Shown: one piece after another, positions 26,644 through 40,010 of the stretch
How positions within the stretch are numbered: the first letter of the stretch is position 1
Layout of the letters: each line of letters starts with the position of its first letter
Source of the DNA: Octopus bimaculoides
Lineage: Eukaryota
DNA: 64,000 bases
Direction of reading: 5' to 3'
Assembly (NCBI RefSeq): GCF_001194135.2
Contig: NC_068984.1
Coordinates: 51,792,269 to 51,856,268 of the forward strand
Notes under the pieces: model-generated
The model's database searches: none
Told to the model about the DNA's origin: nothing
The model's input: only the letters and a program-made list of their open reading frames with translations
Translations under genes and position numbers: made by a program

Positions 26644-27459
26644 AGATATGTGAAAAGTACCGACCCTGCCATCCATTATAACTTTTGTTGTTCTGTTTAA
26701 TATATACATAGATTATGCCTCCAAACTAGTGGTGATGAAGTGTCAAGGTGGATTTTGGAGGCACTAGATGAATCAAAAGAAAAGAAAGTGGGAGTGGGTA
26801 GAGTTTGAAAGAGTGTATGAAAAGATTGTGGGATGGTTAGAGATGGGGAATGGGTGAGGGAGTGAATATGTTGAACAAAAAAGGGCTGTGGAGTGGTTGG
26901 TGATAACTACATATCATGCATACATAAATACCAATTATTCCAGAGTACCACCCTTTCACTGAACCTAGCACAACCATATGCAGGCATGTGGCTCTTCAGC
27001 CCAGATACCATTCTGCAAGCACATTGACAGATGCAACACTCAAACAGGCTCCTGAAACAACTAGCTGAACTGTGAACTTATGTATTTTTCCATGCCTAGT
27101 CAGGCTGCTAGCTGACTTGCAAATTATGTCACACTCATTACAATTATTTATACAGTGTGTGAATGTATGTGTGATTATACTATGTTTCAAAATTTTTCTT
27201 TTCTTTTTTGTCTCTGGTCAGTAAGTGTTATTTCCTATTTGCTTCCATCTAGAAATCAACTTTACTTTTGTGACCTGGATATCAATGTTTTGAAACCGAC
27301 CTATTTTCCTTTACATTTCAGACAGATTCAGCACTGAGTTGCTGAAGTAGAAATATTGTTATAGCAAATATTCTGCTCAATACTATAGATTTGCTTGTCA
27401 ATTACTTGACCATAACCACTTGATCATGCCCCTTAATGGCTGACAATATATGCATCTCT

Positions 27460-27830
27460 GATCAAAAGCACATAGCTCAGTGGTTAGAGCTTCAGGCTCA
27501 CAATCATAAGGTAGTGAGTTTGATTTCCAGACTGGGTTGTGTGTTGTGTTCTTGAGTAAGACGTTTTATTTCATGTTGTTCCAGTTCACTCATCTGTAGA
27601 AATGAGTTGCAATGTCGCTGGAGCAAAGTTGTATCAACCTTTGCTTTTTTCCTTGGATATCACCAGTGGCGTGAAGAGGAGAGGCTGCTGGTCTTCCACA
27701 AAAACAACCTTACCCAGACTTGTGCCTCAGAGGGTAACTTTGTAGGTGTAATCCCATGGTCATTCATGAGCAGGAGTAGTGGGGGAGCATCATAGCCATG
27801 TGTTGAGAGACATTCTTTGGGGTTTGAATA
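27460..27830 (+). mobile_element. tRNA-derived CORE-like SINE (family E; others about 32490, 41295, 51990, 56615)
   Basis: tRNA head followed by cagttcactcatctgtagaaatgag, similar to the CORE domain. Confidence 0.65.
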
Positions 27831-28034
27831 AATGTAACAAAAGCAAAGTTTGAAGGAAACATTTTTCATAGTTTCTAGGGGTAAGCAGATAGGAAATAAC
27901 AGTTGCCACTTAGGGATAAAAGTTGTATTACACAGTGTTATTTGTATGTTTAAGTGCCTGTAGCCACTCTACAACCTTTTTGTAGAGTATGAAAGGAGGA
28001 CTGTGATGTTGATATGTATCACCTGCTGACCAAC

Positions 28035-28069
<35 letters not shown>

Positions 28070-28259
28070 AGAGAGAGAGAGAGAGAGAGAGTATTCCTCT
28101 GGATACATCATAATCAATTTTAGTAGGGTAATTTTTCAGCTAAAGGACTCAACAGATATATCTGTACATATGCGTACCAAATGACTTCACATGCATACTC
28201 ATAGCAATGCAATTTTATTGAATTTAAGTAATATTATTCTTTGTTTCTTTCTCTTTCAG

Positions 28260-28283
28260 CACAAGAAGAGATTGTTTGTAAAG
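28260..28283 (+). CDS. Exon 4, 24-nt micro-exon AQEEIVCK (phase 1-1)
   Basis: ttgtttctttctctttcag|CACAAGAAGAGATTGTTTGTAAAG|gtaagttaaatgtatatttatt. Confidence 0.8.
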
Positions 28284-28392
28284 GTAAGTTAAATGTATAT
28301 TTATTACTATATTATTGTTCATGAACTTGTGTCATTCTTTTCTCTCTCTCTCTCTCTTCCCTCCCCACCTCTTCTTATTTTGCATCAACTGA

Positions 28393-28612
28393 AAGGTGGT
28401 GAGCTAACAGAATAGTTAGCATGCCAAACAAAATATTGAGTGCTATTTCAGCCATCCTTACCTTCTGAATTCAGATTCTGCCAAGGTCAATTTTGCCTTT
28501 CATTCTTTTGAGCTCAATAAAATAAGTATCAGTTGATCACTGGGGGTGGGGTGTCAGTGTAATCAATTAACCTCTTTTCCGACCAAAATTTCACTATAGT
28601 AGAAGGGGGTTA
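28393..28612 (+). mobile_element. SINE family C inserted into the conserved intron downstream of micro-exon 4
   Basis: ggtggtgagctaacagaat...aagtatcagtt head; tgcatcaa repeated on both sides (TSD-like). Confidence 0.7.
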
Positions 28613-29169
28613 TTATGCATCAATTCAATGAAATTAAATGAAAGAAGCCCATAACATATCATCTATTATATTCATGAACAATATATACCTCAAACCAAGA
28701 TCTTGTAATAAATGTTAGGCCTAACAATTTTTGCCAACCACCCCAGGATGACTCTACACATTTCTTTATACAGAGACACATTCTTTGTACACAATTTTAC
28801 GTTTCCAGAGTATAATTCATTCCATAGGCACCAGCGTGGTTGTGTAGTAAGAAGCTTGCTTCCCAACCATATGGTTCTGAGTTCAATCCCACTGTGTGGC
28901 ACCTTGGACAAGTGTCTTCTACTATATCACCAGGTTTGGATAATTCGACCTGAAGAAAATTCTAACTGTAAAGTCATGCACTGTTTATTTTGATATGAGG
29001 TCACCATGCTGTGCGCATCTGGTTGTGATGCATGTGCCTGGTGTACCCTTATCAGATGGGTAATCACAATGGGTATACTGAGCTTCGTATATTTTGCCCC
29101 AGTGTCACTTTGATGGTATGCACACTGCTCTCTCACTCAATAATAATATTAATAATGATTTATTTCATT

Positions 29170-32100
29170 TGCTACCAGGGTGAAGCATGAGAGGGGCAAT
29201 GCAAAAAACAAAGTATGGGGATTTACATATAATAAATTGATATAAAAAAAAAGAGAAAAACATAATACGTGGTATACAGTAGAAGAAAGGAAGTATACAT
29301 AGTATATAACAGTAAAAAAAGATATACAGGAGGACTTCTCAGGATAATTGAGGAACCCCACTATCCAAGATCTCCCTGAATACCGAGGACAAGTGCTCTC
29401 CGACTCACAGGTCTACACTTAGAGCAGTACCATCCCCTCTTACCATTTTTGCAACTTTCACCCACCTTGAAATAAATTCACTCAAGGACAGCACCTCCCT
29501 CTCCACTCTCATTTTCCTTTTCAAGTGAAACTTGAAAAAGTCAATGAGGGCTCTACTAAAGAGGAATATCTCTGTCCTCATTCCTTTCAGCTTTGTCCAC
29601 CAGACACAATTTCTTTTGCCACAGCCACCAGGCAAAGGAAAACTACCTTGCCTGCCTGACTTGACTGACAGACAGATCTGTCCCACATGTGACAGCAGCT
29701 GTTCAGTATAATTCCACAAGTCAGCAATGCCTGGACACTGAATAAGTGTATGTAGAATAGTTTTGTTGCTTTGTGCACACCTTAAACAAGCCTGTCTGAG
29801 AGCACATCTATGCCTGTAGAGTTTATCCTGAACAGGCAGTGGCCCCCACTAGTTGCACTGCCAGGCCAAAGACATCTGGAAATTATCCATGGTAATCCTT
29901 AACTAGAAAGTCCTCCAGAACAGACTAGCCAGTTCGTTTTTGGCAATGCCCACACTTTCTCTCATGATGTTGTTGCACTTCCAGATCTATAATGTTCTAT
30001 ATATTGCTAAATAGGAACACCTACCAATCTTATTGCTTGACTAGTAGAGAACTGTGAATGCTTGACGACATTCTAGGTGCCAGTCATCAGGCACCCAGTT
30101 TCAGTTTATCCTTCACCCAGGACTGCAGCTCTGTCAAAGAGACAGACTGCAGAAAGTTGTGACTCACAAACAGAGTCATACACGTTTACTGTCTAGAAAT
30201 TGTTGCAGGTGACATGGCCTAAGTGCATGTCTGTTCCTCAGAAGCCAAGGCTTGCCTCAGCTGCCATGCAGAGGGTGGTGACAGCAGACTGACCAGCTGA
30301 CCTTTGGAGCACATGCCTTCCACAAAAAAATAAGTGATGCTTCAACCTGATTGAGCAGTAACTGGGGTAAGGCACAATGCTCAAGCGATAAATCATGATG
30401 GAGGTGATGTAGGCATACACCACATCTGCTGACCTTTCTGAGACAGTTTCCTCTCTGCCTATTTCTGGGTAAGACTGATCACCTTATTCCTCACCTCATC
30501 CCAGTTCTTATCCACCTGGAGGTTGGGACCAAACCAAATCCTGAGTAGTTTAATTGGTCCATCAGTCCAGCATCTGATGATGCCACCCAATGGCATTAAC
30601 CTGCCTCTCCATGTGCCCAGTTGCAAGCCCACCGACTTCTTGATGTTCATTTTGGCTCCTTCAGCTGACTCATATTCTTTTAGAATGGAGCTGACCATCT
30701 CCACTTTGGAGGCATCTGACACCATGATAGTGACATCCACATACACTAACACTGCCCTCCCATGTCCCACTTCAAAAAGAATGTCCCTCAGCTGTTTCCA
30801 CTTCTGCAGCAGTGGCTTGAGAACCAACATGTACAGAAGAGGTGACAGCAGGCAGCCCTGATGGACCGAGTATGCAATGTGAAATGGTTCTGATTGGTGG
30901 CTGTTTACTTTGACCACTGAGCAGGTGCTGCTGTACATTGCAGCGATCCAACTTCTGAAAATGGGTCCAAAACTGGACTCTTTTAGGATGGCTTGCAAGT
31001 ACTGATGGCCAACTCTATCAGATGCTTTTGACTGATCCAAATTGATCAGGGCCTCATTGAAGCCAGCTTCAGTCTCAGCCCTCCCTGTGATGTATTGCAT
31101 AGTGTGGCAGTTGTCATAGATAGACCTGTTCAGAAGTGCACATGTCCGTGTCTCCCTGACCAGACTACCAATGACAAGCACAAGCTTTTTTGCTAACACA
31201 TTGGCCAAAATGTTAAACTCTGTGTTTAGAAAAGACTTATGAACTGAAAATTCCCTAGCATGTTCCCATTGTTGGTGTCCTTTCTCAGCAGTATTACCAC
31301 ATCCTGGCTAACAGCACTAGGAATTCTCCTGTGTTGCTTCCAGTTATGACAGATATCTGTCAAGTGGCTGCCAAATAAATTTGGCATAAAGACATAAAAT
31401 TCATAGAGTAGACCATCCAAACTAGGTGATTTGTGACTTGTGCAATCACTCATCACCTCCCATATTTCAGTGGCAGTTATCAGCTTTTCACAGAACCTTG
31501 TGTCCACTGCTGAAAGCCATGGCAGGCTGTCCACATACAAATTACAGTCTGATCGTGCTGTTGACCTATTGCCCTCTCCAAACAGCTGTGCAAAGTGCTG
31601 CTGGAAAGCTGCATACATCTGCTTGGAACTGAATAGCATGCACCTATGCTGATCCATCAAAGACCTGATTGTGGTTGGTTTCATTGCCATGTCGCATCTC
31701 CACTGTTTGGGCCCATCAGATGGCTTCAGATCTTTCATGTTTTAGCACATGGGTCTTAACTCTGACAATGCAGCCTTTGTGTTTCATCTCAAAGAAATGA
31801 TGAAGGGCCATTCTCACCATTGGCCATTCTCAGTTACAATGCTATTACTAATTGCCCCTTCTAGTTTGTTAACTAGTTCTCTCTCTAATCTATTTCTTTC
31901 TATTGCTAACTCTTTGCTAAGCACTATTCTTCTCTAATCCCCCTCTTCAAAGTTATCCACCACCAGTTGTTGATGATTGCCCCCATCAACTACTGTCTAA
32001 CTAGTTCACTAATCCAGTTCCTGTAATCTTTACATGTCAGAAAGGACATGTTCAACTCCCAATAAGCAGGTCCCTGTCTACAGGTCCTATCTAAATCAAC

Positions 32101-32190
32101 TGTGCAGATCACAAATTTGTGGTCTGTGTAGCCAACCAATTTAAATTGTGGGAAACCTATGCTATCCCTATCCACATACCTCACAAGTTC
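29170..32190 (-). mobile_element. Degenerate Tx1-type (L1 clade) LINE: endonuclease end, RT and 3' region
   Basis: ORF-track fragments INLDQSKASDRV, SVHQGCLLSPLLY, KSPSLDGLLYEFY and TDHKFV...YWELN; multiple stops and frameshifts. Confidence 0.85.
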
Positions 32191-32202
32191 TCAGTATGAC
32201 AC

Positions 32203-32204
<2 letters not shown>

Positions 32205-32248
<44 letters not shown>

Positions 32249-32420
32249 CCTTTCTTCTATAGGCACAAGGTCTGAAATTTTTGGGGAGGAGACTAGTTGG
32301 TTACATCGGCCCTAGTGTTTCACTGGTCCTGAATTTATCAACCCTGAAAGGATAAAAGATAAAGTTGACCTCAGTGGAATAATAATAATAATAGTAATAA
32401 TAATAATAATAATAATAATG

Positions 32421-32472
<52 letters not shown>

Positions 32473-32492
32473 TAATAATAATAATAATAATG
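32205..32492. repeat. (TAA)n microsatellites flanking a SINE C fragment
   Basis: Directly visible. Confidence 0.9.
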
Positions 32493-33071
32493 AACTCTAC
32501 CACTGAAGACGATGTATGAGTGTTCAGCTTTTGCTGAACGACCTGCACAAATGATTTGTTTATAATGATCAAATGTGTGTGCTGTACATTAGCTCACTCT
32601 CTCCATCAAATCAACGTTGCCTGAACACGTCTGACATCGAAATGATTGCAGAGCATCATAAAATGAAGTATTTTGCTCAACACAATGTGCTGCTTGGTCC
32701 GGGAATGAAACCCATGATCTAGCGATCGTGAATGCAACACCCAAACCACTAGGCCACTTATTATCATAATAATAATAATGATAAAAAATACAATCCCTTA
32801 AAATTTGAAATAGGAAGAATATGGAGCATGAGAACAGTAAAGGTCATGCTTATAAGTAATTGGTGTGTTGGGAACAGTAAGTAAATGACTGAAGGAGAGT
32901 GGAATAGATCTCCTACAGAAAGTTTGTCTCTTAGGGACAGCAAGGATTATCAGGAGGGTTCTAAGCACCTGAAACACTGCTGAAAACTTGTGGATACCTA
33001 ATGTTACAGGTAGTAACCCACTACCCACATACACCCTGCAAGGAATAAGACTGAGCCTGAACCAAACCAAA

Positions 33072-33124
<53 letters not shown>

Positions 33125-33470
33125 TGTTTCTAAAATGGACACATGGTCTGAAATCTGGATTAGTCAATTAAATCAATGCTGGTACTTGACTGGTATTTAT
33201 TTTATTGACTCTGGAAGGATGAAAAGCAAAGCAAAATTAAATTCAACAGGATTTGAACTCATGTAGAAATGAAAAGCCAAGTTGGGCCCAGTTCTAACTC
33301 AGGATGTACAAGGAGCAAGACCTTTACTTTCACCCTCTTGCTTTTCTCCTACCTCCATCATTTTCAATTTAAAGAAGTGGTAACAGATTTCGAAGATTCA
33401 GAATATTTCTTTGCCTTTATCCTTTGTAAAATGTTTCTTATTTTAAATAACCCATTTATATTCTTTCCAG

Positions 33471-33532
33471 AACATTTTTCTTCACTTTCCTGCCAAATAG
33501 AGTTTGCGCAGTCTAAAAAATGCTTTGTTCAG
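33471..33532 (+). CDS. Exon 5 EHFSSLSCQIEFAQSKKCFVQ (phase 1-0)
   Basis: atattctttccag acceptor, CAG|gtttgt donor, open frame, phase matches neighbours. Confidence 0.8.
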
Positions 33533-34432
33533 GTTTGTATAAATTACAACCATACACACTTTGAAAAATCACCTGTGCTTCTGAATGACAAAAACCTGAC
33601 AGAGTTTATTAAATTCTCAGTTATAAACGACTTAAAATCAAGTAAGACTTTTTAAAGTAATATTAATGAAATTTTAATCATTTGTTGTGTGTATTTGTAT
33701 GTGTGTGTGTTTCTTTCAGGCATCATCATCATCATCATCATCATCATTAAGCATCCGTTTTCCATGCTGGCATGGGTAGGATGATTTCACTGGCACTGGT
33801 AAGCCAGAGAGCTGCACCAGGCTTCAGTTTGTTTTGGCTTGGTTTCTCTAGTTGGATGCTCTTCCTAACACCAACCACTCCACAGAGCATACTGGGTGTT
33901 TTTTTACATGTCACCAGCATGGGTGCCTTTTATGTGTCACCAACACTGACCACGACTATGATTTCACTTGGCTTGACATGTCTCCTCAAGCACGGCAAAT
34001 CACCAAAGGTCTCGATCACTTGTCATCGCCTCTGTGAGACTCAAGATCTAACAATCGTGCTTCACCACCTTGTCCCACATCTTCCTGCGTGTTGCCAGTT
34101 AAAAAAATAAGTAAGACTGATGCATTGTATGGTGCAGTATTTATATTTTGACAATTATTTGAATGTTTCATCCTATGGTTCATTGACCAGATTTGACCAT
34201 GTTCCTGTTTAACGTCTACTTTTCTACACTTGCATGGATTGGACAGATTTTATTGGGAAAGATTTTCTACAGCTGGATACCCTTCTTGTCATGAACCCTC
34301 ATTTGTTTCTAAGAAAGATAATATTTCACTTTGGCCAAACATGTTTTTGCAGAATATTGGAAATGAATGACACTGCTTGTGTGACAGTAGTACTCATATA
34401 CAAATACCATATGGTATTAAGACAAAGAAATA

Positions 34433-35280
34433 GGCGCAGGAGTGGCTGTGTGGTAAGTAGCTTGCTTACCAACCACATGGTTCTGGGTTCAGTCCCACTG
34501 CGTGGCACCTTGGGCAAGTGTCTTCTACTATAGCCCTGGGCCGACCAAATCCTTGTGAGTGGATTTGGTAGACGGAAACTGAAAGAAGCCCATCGTATAT
34601 ATGTATATGTATATATATATGTATGTGTGTGTATATGTTTGTGTGTCTGTGTTTGTCCCCCCAACTTCACTTGACAACCGATGCTGGTGTGTTTACGTCC
34701 CCGTAACTTAGTGGTTCGGCAAAAAGTGACCAATAGAATAAGTACTAGGCTTCCAAAGAGTAAGTCCTGGGGTCGGTTTGCTCGACTAAAGGTGGTGCTC
34801 CAGCATGGCCACAGTCAAATGACTGAAACAAGTAAAAGAGTAATTGCATACACGCACACACATTTAAGGTGAACGTTAAACCATGATGAGGATGTGATAT
34901 GTATATGTGGTAAAAAGCTTGCTTCCCAACCACATGGTTCTGGATTCAGTCTCACTGCATGACACTTTGGGTAAGGTGTTTTCTACTAAAGTCTCGGGCC
35001 AACCAATGCCTTGTGACTGGATTTGGTTGAAGGAAGCTGAAAGAAACCTGACAGATATACCTATATGTATATATTTATGTGTGTGTGTGGGTCTTTGTTT
35101 CTATGTTTGTCTCCAACCACCACTTGACACAACTGGTGTTGGTTTGTTTACATTCCCTGTATCCTACCAATTTGGCAAAAGAGAGCAATAGAATAAGTAC
35201 TAGGCTTTTAAAAAAAAAAGGGGTTGATTTTCTTTGATTAAAACCCTACAAATGACTGAAACGAGTAAAAGATAAAAGAT
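34433..35280 (+). mobile_element. Two tandem SINE family A copies
   Basis: ggcgcaggagtggctgtgtggtaag...gtcccactgcgtggcaccttgggcaag...gtaaaaga, then a more diverged copy. Confidence 0.85.
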
Positions 35281-37597
35281 TAAAAGTATACATACATGCA
35301 TGCATGCATACATACATACATACATACATACATGCATGCATGCATGCATACATACATACATACATGCATACCTCCACCATACCTGTTAAAATTTAGTGAT
35401 GATTACTGTGACTTTGGAGTTCTCTAATGACTCCTTTCCTTAGCAAAGCTGGTGCTTCTTAGTACCCTAATTATATACATTCTTGAAAAAAGACAAGGTA
35501 GAAAATGCTAAAATACTTTTATAAAAAACATTTCAGTACCGGTTTCAATCCTTGAGATCTTTTCAACTGTAAATAAGGATAACAAATTTTGGAAAAAATA
35601 AATTTTGGCAAATTTAAATGAAAAATCTTTTTAAAAACATATTTGTATAGTATTCAAATAACAGGGGCATTTTCTTTGTTTCTGTCTGTCTCTGTTTCTC
35701 TTGTTAACTCTTGTGGGTTCGATATATNNNNNNNNNNNNNNNNNNNNNNNNNNNNNNNNNNNNNNNNNNNNNNNNNNNNNNNNNNNNNNNNNNNNNNNNN
35801 NNNNNNNNNNNNNNNNNNNNNNNNNNNNNNNNNNNNNNNNNNNNNNNNNNNNNNNNNNNNNNNNNNNNNNNNNNNNNNNNNNNNNNNNNNNNNNNNNNNN
35901 NNNNNNNNNNNNNNNNNNNNNNNNNNNNNNNNNNNNNNNNNNNNNNNNNNNNNNNNNNNNNNNNNNNNNNNNNNNNNNNNNNNNNNNNNNNNNNNNNNNN
36001 NNNNNNNNNNNNNNNNNNNNNNNNNNNNNNNNNNNNNNNNNNNNNNNNNNNNNNNNNNNNNNNNNNNNNNNNNNNNNNNNNNNNNNNNNNNNNNNNNNNN
36101 NNNNNNNNNNNNNNNNNNNNNNNNNNNNNNNNNNNNNNNNNNNNNNNNNNNNNNNNNNNNNNNNNNNNNNNNNNNNNNNNNNNNNNNNNNNNNNNNNNNN
36201 NNNNNNNNNNNNNNNNNNNNNNNNNNNNNNNNNNNNNNNNNNNNNNNNNNNNNNNNNNNNNNNNNNNNNNNNNNNNNNNNNNNNNNNNNNNNNNNNNNNN
36301 NNNNNNNNNNNNNNNNNNNNNNNNNNNNNNNNNNNNNNNNNNNNNNNNNNNNNNNNNNNNNNNNNNNNNNNNNNNNNNNNNNNNNNNNNNNNNNNNNNNN
36401 NNNNNNNNNNNNNNNNNNNNNNNNNNNNNNNNNNNNNNNNNNNNNNNNNNNNNNNNNNNNNNNNNNNNNNNNNNNNNNNNNNNNNNNNNNNNNNNNNNNN
36501 NNNNNNNNNNNNNNNNNNNNNNNNNNNNNNNNNNNNNNNNNNNNNNNNNNNNNNNNNNNNNNNNNNNNNNNNNNNNNNNNNNNNNNNNNAATATGCTGAA
36601 CCCAACGACTTGAAGACAGTGTATCCCGTTGAATTCATTAACTTAATTCATAGCTAAAGTGACAAAAGAAACAAAAAACACACAAAGTACAGGTGTTTAT
36701 GACAAACCATGTTATTTTGACAACCGGGTTTACCAATAAAAGTACAAAGTACATAAGGAATTAGAGAATGAACAAAAGTTTAATCTTACAGCTGTTTCGG
36801 CCTAGCTTTGGCATGCCCCATTCTATCCGAGTAGTTCCTGCCGGAGTGATTAGTGGATGAAATGCTGAAATGGGGGTACATGCACGATTCGCTAGGCTTC
36901 TTCAGAGATTCACAAAGAATTTCATACAAATATAGAGTAAGAGGTAGAAACAAAGGTGAAATAGAAACAAGAACAAAAACAAAAACAAAAATAAAAATAA
37001 AAATAAAAATAAGGGTACAGCAAGAAAAAAAAAATAAATAAATGAAAAATGAAAATATAACATAGAAAATATAAAAATATATAAAAACATAAAAATATAA
37101 AGCACATAAAAAGCCTACAAACAGTACATGAGGTCATACAAATAGCTATAGACACTCCAATACATATATATGAGTCCGTGTGCATAACCATACTCAGATA
37201 TCCCCTCACTCACATGTATACATATACAAGTATATATACACAGGCATTCTAATACGTACTCGGTTCCCGGTATCAACGCTATCTACCGTGTTTTGAAAGT
37301 TGTATGTGTTTTTTAAAAAAAAATTTTTGCTGAGTGTGTGCATGTCAGTTCTATATATTTTGGATGGGTTTATGTGGAGGTTGATTTTACACGAGTTATT
37401 AATGTTAACATTAATAAGGTTCCATGTAGTGGGACTGAACCCGGAACCATGTGGTTGGCAAGCAAGCTTCTTACCACACAGCCATGCCTGCACCTATGAT
37501 TGTTTGTAAAAATATTTGAATTGAATTCAAATGTGATATAGTCTTATATAAAGCAACATAAAATGAGTGTATGCTTTAATTTTTTTCTTTTTTTCAG

Positions 37598-37660
37598 TTA
37601 GGTCAATTTTTTTCGAAAGTTTTTATACAAAATTTAACTTACAACTGTAATTTGCAAAAG
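37598..37660 (+). CDS. Exon 6 LGQFFSKVFIQNLTYNCNLQK (phase 0-0)
   Basis: Long T-tract plus cag acceptor, AAG|gtgaag donor, 63 nt open, NLT sequon. Confidence 0.7.
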
Positions 37661-38280
37661 GTGAAGTAAATTCTTTAACAAAAGGCTAATATTATTTTCC
37701 AGGAAAACAACATTGTTTTGTGACTTGTTGCTTAAAAGAAAATGTCACAACGGAAAATCTTTGTTTTGGCAATAAATGCCAGTATAAACGTATTTACATC
37801 TTAAGTCGCCAAGGTTTCCATTTGAATTCAGCCTCTGACAATGTTTGTCTGTCTGGAAATCAGATAGCTATAAAAAAGGTGAGTGAAACCCCCTCTTTTT
37901 TTTTCTTTTACAATAAATGTATTTCAGTAAAAAAAATTGAAAAGTAAGAATTCCCTCAAACATTTTATAAAGAAAGCAAACAAAACAAGATGAAATAATT
38001 CCTTTAGGAGTGTAGATCTCATAGTTGTCATCTATGAGTTCTTCCCATTGCAATCCTCAAAGAAAAACTATGGCCTGTCATAGAGCACTCAATTGTTTTT
38101 GTTCATAATGTTGTTATGTTGGCACATTGACTGTATTGCGTTAAGTACTGAAAATAAATTAGTTCTTTTCATCTGCACTTGTAATTAGCATTAATCCTGA
38201 TTCATGTGCAAAAGTAGACTGAGTGCACAACTCTTTTCCTTGCTGAATATTTCTTACTCTCAAACACTGCATCTGTGTTG

Positions 38281-39229
38281 TACGAGGTGGTATCAAAAAG
38301 TTCCCAGTCTAATTCTGTAGCATGCTAACAGATGGCAGCGCACAGTTGTATTTGCTGTGAGAGCTAGCAGTGACCTTCATGAGGCAGTGTACCATGTGAC
38401 ATTACTGTGTTTACTTCACAGGTTGTAAAATATGTGTTTTTGTGATCATGTGTATGCTGTAGTCAGCGATTTTGTCATGGACAGAAATAAAGAGCCAACA
38501 TGAAATTTTACGTTACACTTGGGAAGTCTTGTACAGAGTCATTGAGCATGCTTCTGCAAGCTTATAGCAATGAGGCAATGGGTCGTATGCAATGTTTCGA
38601 GTAGCACAAGTGCTTCAAAACCATAACATCCCCAGAAAACTGTGAGTAATATGGAAGACCTGCCACAGGCATCACTCCTGGAAATGTGGTATTGTGCATC
38701 AAGAATTCATCGGCATCACTCCTGGAAATGTGGTATTGTGCATCAAGAATTCATCCTCCATTAATTGAGAGTTCTACTGCAATGTTTTAAAACATTTGCT
38801 GGAGGACATTTGGCGAAAGCGACTAAATCTGTGGAGTGTGAAGAAATGAATTCTTCATTGAGCTCTCTTTACTTGTGAGTTTCTTGCCAAAAACAACATG
38901 GTACCACTTCCACACCTGCACTTTTCACCAGATTTAGAACCTGTGGACTTCTATCTCTTCCCCCAAGATGAAAATGCAGCTCAAAGGTCACTGTTTTAAC
39001 GCAGCTGTCAACAGCCAGAGCAAATCGCAGAATGTCCTCGACTAAGTTATGGAAAACGATTTCCAAAAATGGCAGGAATGCTGGGACCGGTGTAGACTGG
39101 ATGCGTTTTACATGGCACCAGATTACTGTGCAAGGTGACTATTTTGAAGGAGATGATGTCAAAACTTAGGTAAATAAGTTATTTTTTATTAGATATCACT
39201 TGTCTGGGAACCTTTGATACCACCTCATA
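38281..39229 (+). mobile_element. Degenerate mariner transposon
   Basis: TA-flanked TIRs gaggtggtatcaaaaagttccc / gggaacctttgataccacctc; SPDLEPVDFYLFPKMK motif; internal ~42-bp tandem duplication. Confidence 0.85.
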
Positions 39230-39384
39230 CCTGCAATCTTGATATTGCAAGCTAAAGAAAGAGTTTACTTGGAAGCATGACAATGTTCAGTGTTTCCAAT
39301 GTCTAAGTTTACCAATATGTAAATATATTCTGGTATCATCAGTCTAACTTTCAGCTAACTTCTTGAGTAATTGTTGTCTGTTTA

Positions 39385-40010
39385 TCATCATCATTTAAAC
39401 GTTTGTTTTTCATGTTGGTATGGGTTGGACGGTTTTGGCAGGAGCTGGCCATCTGTCCAGACCCCAATTGTCTGTTTTGGCATGATTCTTATGGCTGGAT
39501 ATCCTTCCTAATGCCAACCACCTTATAAAGTGTGCTGGGTGTTTTTTAAATGTCACCAGCACGGGTGCATTTATGCAGCATTGGTACAAGTGCATTCTAC
39601 ATGGCATTGGCATAAGTGCATTCTACATGGCACTGACACTTGTAAAGAACATTCCTGTACGTATGGATGACCACAATTTTACTTAGCTTGACATCTTCTC
39701 AAATACAGCAAATTGCCACAACTCCCAGTCCCTTGTCATTTCCTCAGTGGGGCCAGTATTCAAAGATCTTTTCTCACCACTTCATCTCACATCTTCCTGG
39801 GTGTACCCCTTTCACAGGTTCCTTCCACAATTAGAGTTTGGCACTTCTTTAAGTGGCTGTCCTCATCCATACACATCACATGACCAAACCAGTGCAATCT
39901 TCTCTCTTGCACACAACATCTGAGGCCTCTTATACCCAATTTTCCTCTTAAATCATTGACACTCTGTTGTGTGTGCACACTGACATTACCCGTTCAGTGG
40001 AGCATGCTAG
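39385..40010 (-). mobile_element. RTE LINE 3' end with (GAT)n tail
   Basis: ORF QERRLHWFGHVMCMDEDS...GTPRK followed by the ccaacccatg...gttaaa(tga)n tail. Confidence 0.8.

Noticed and set aside
27190-27270. Strong pyrimidine tract followed by ggtcagtaagtg
   Set aside because: AG and GT overlap with no exon between, and read-through finds only a weak donor.
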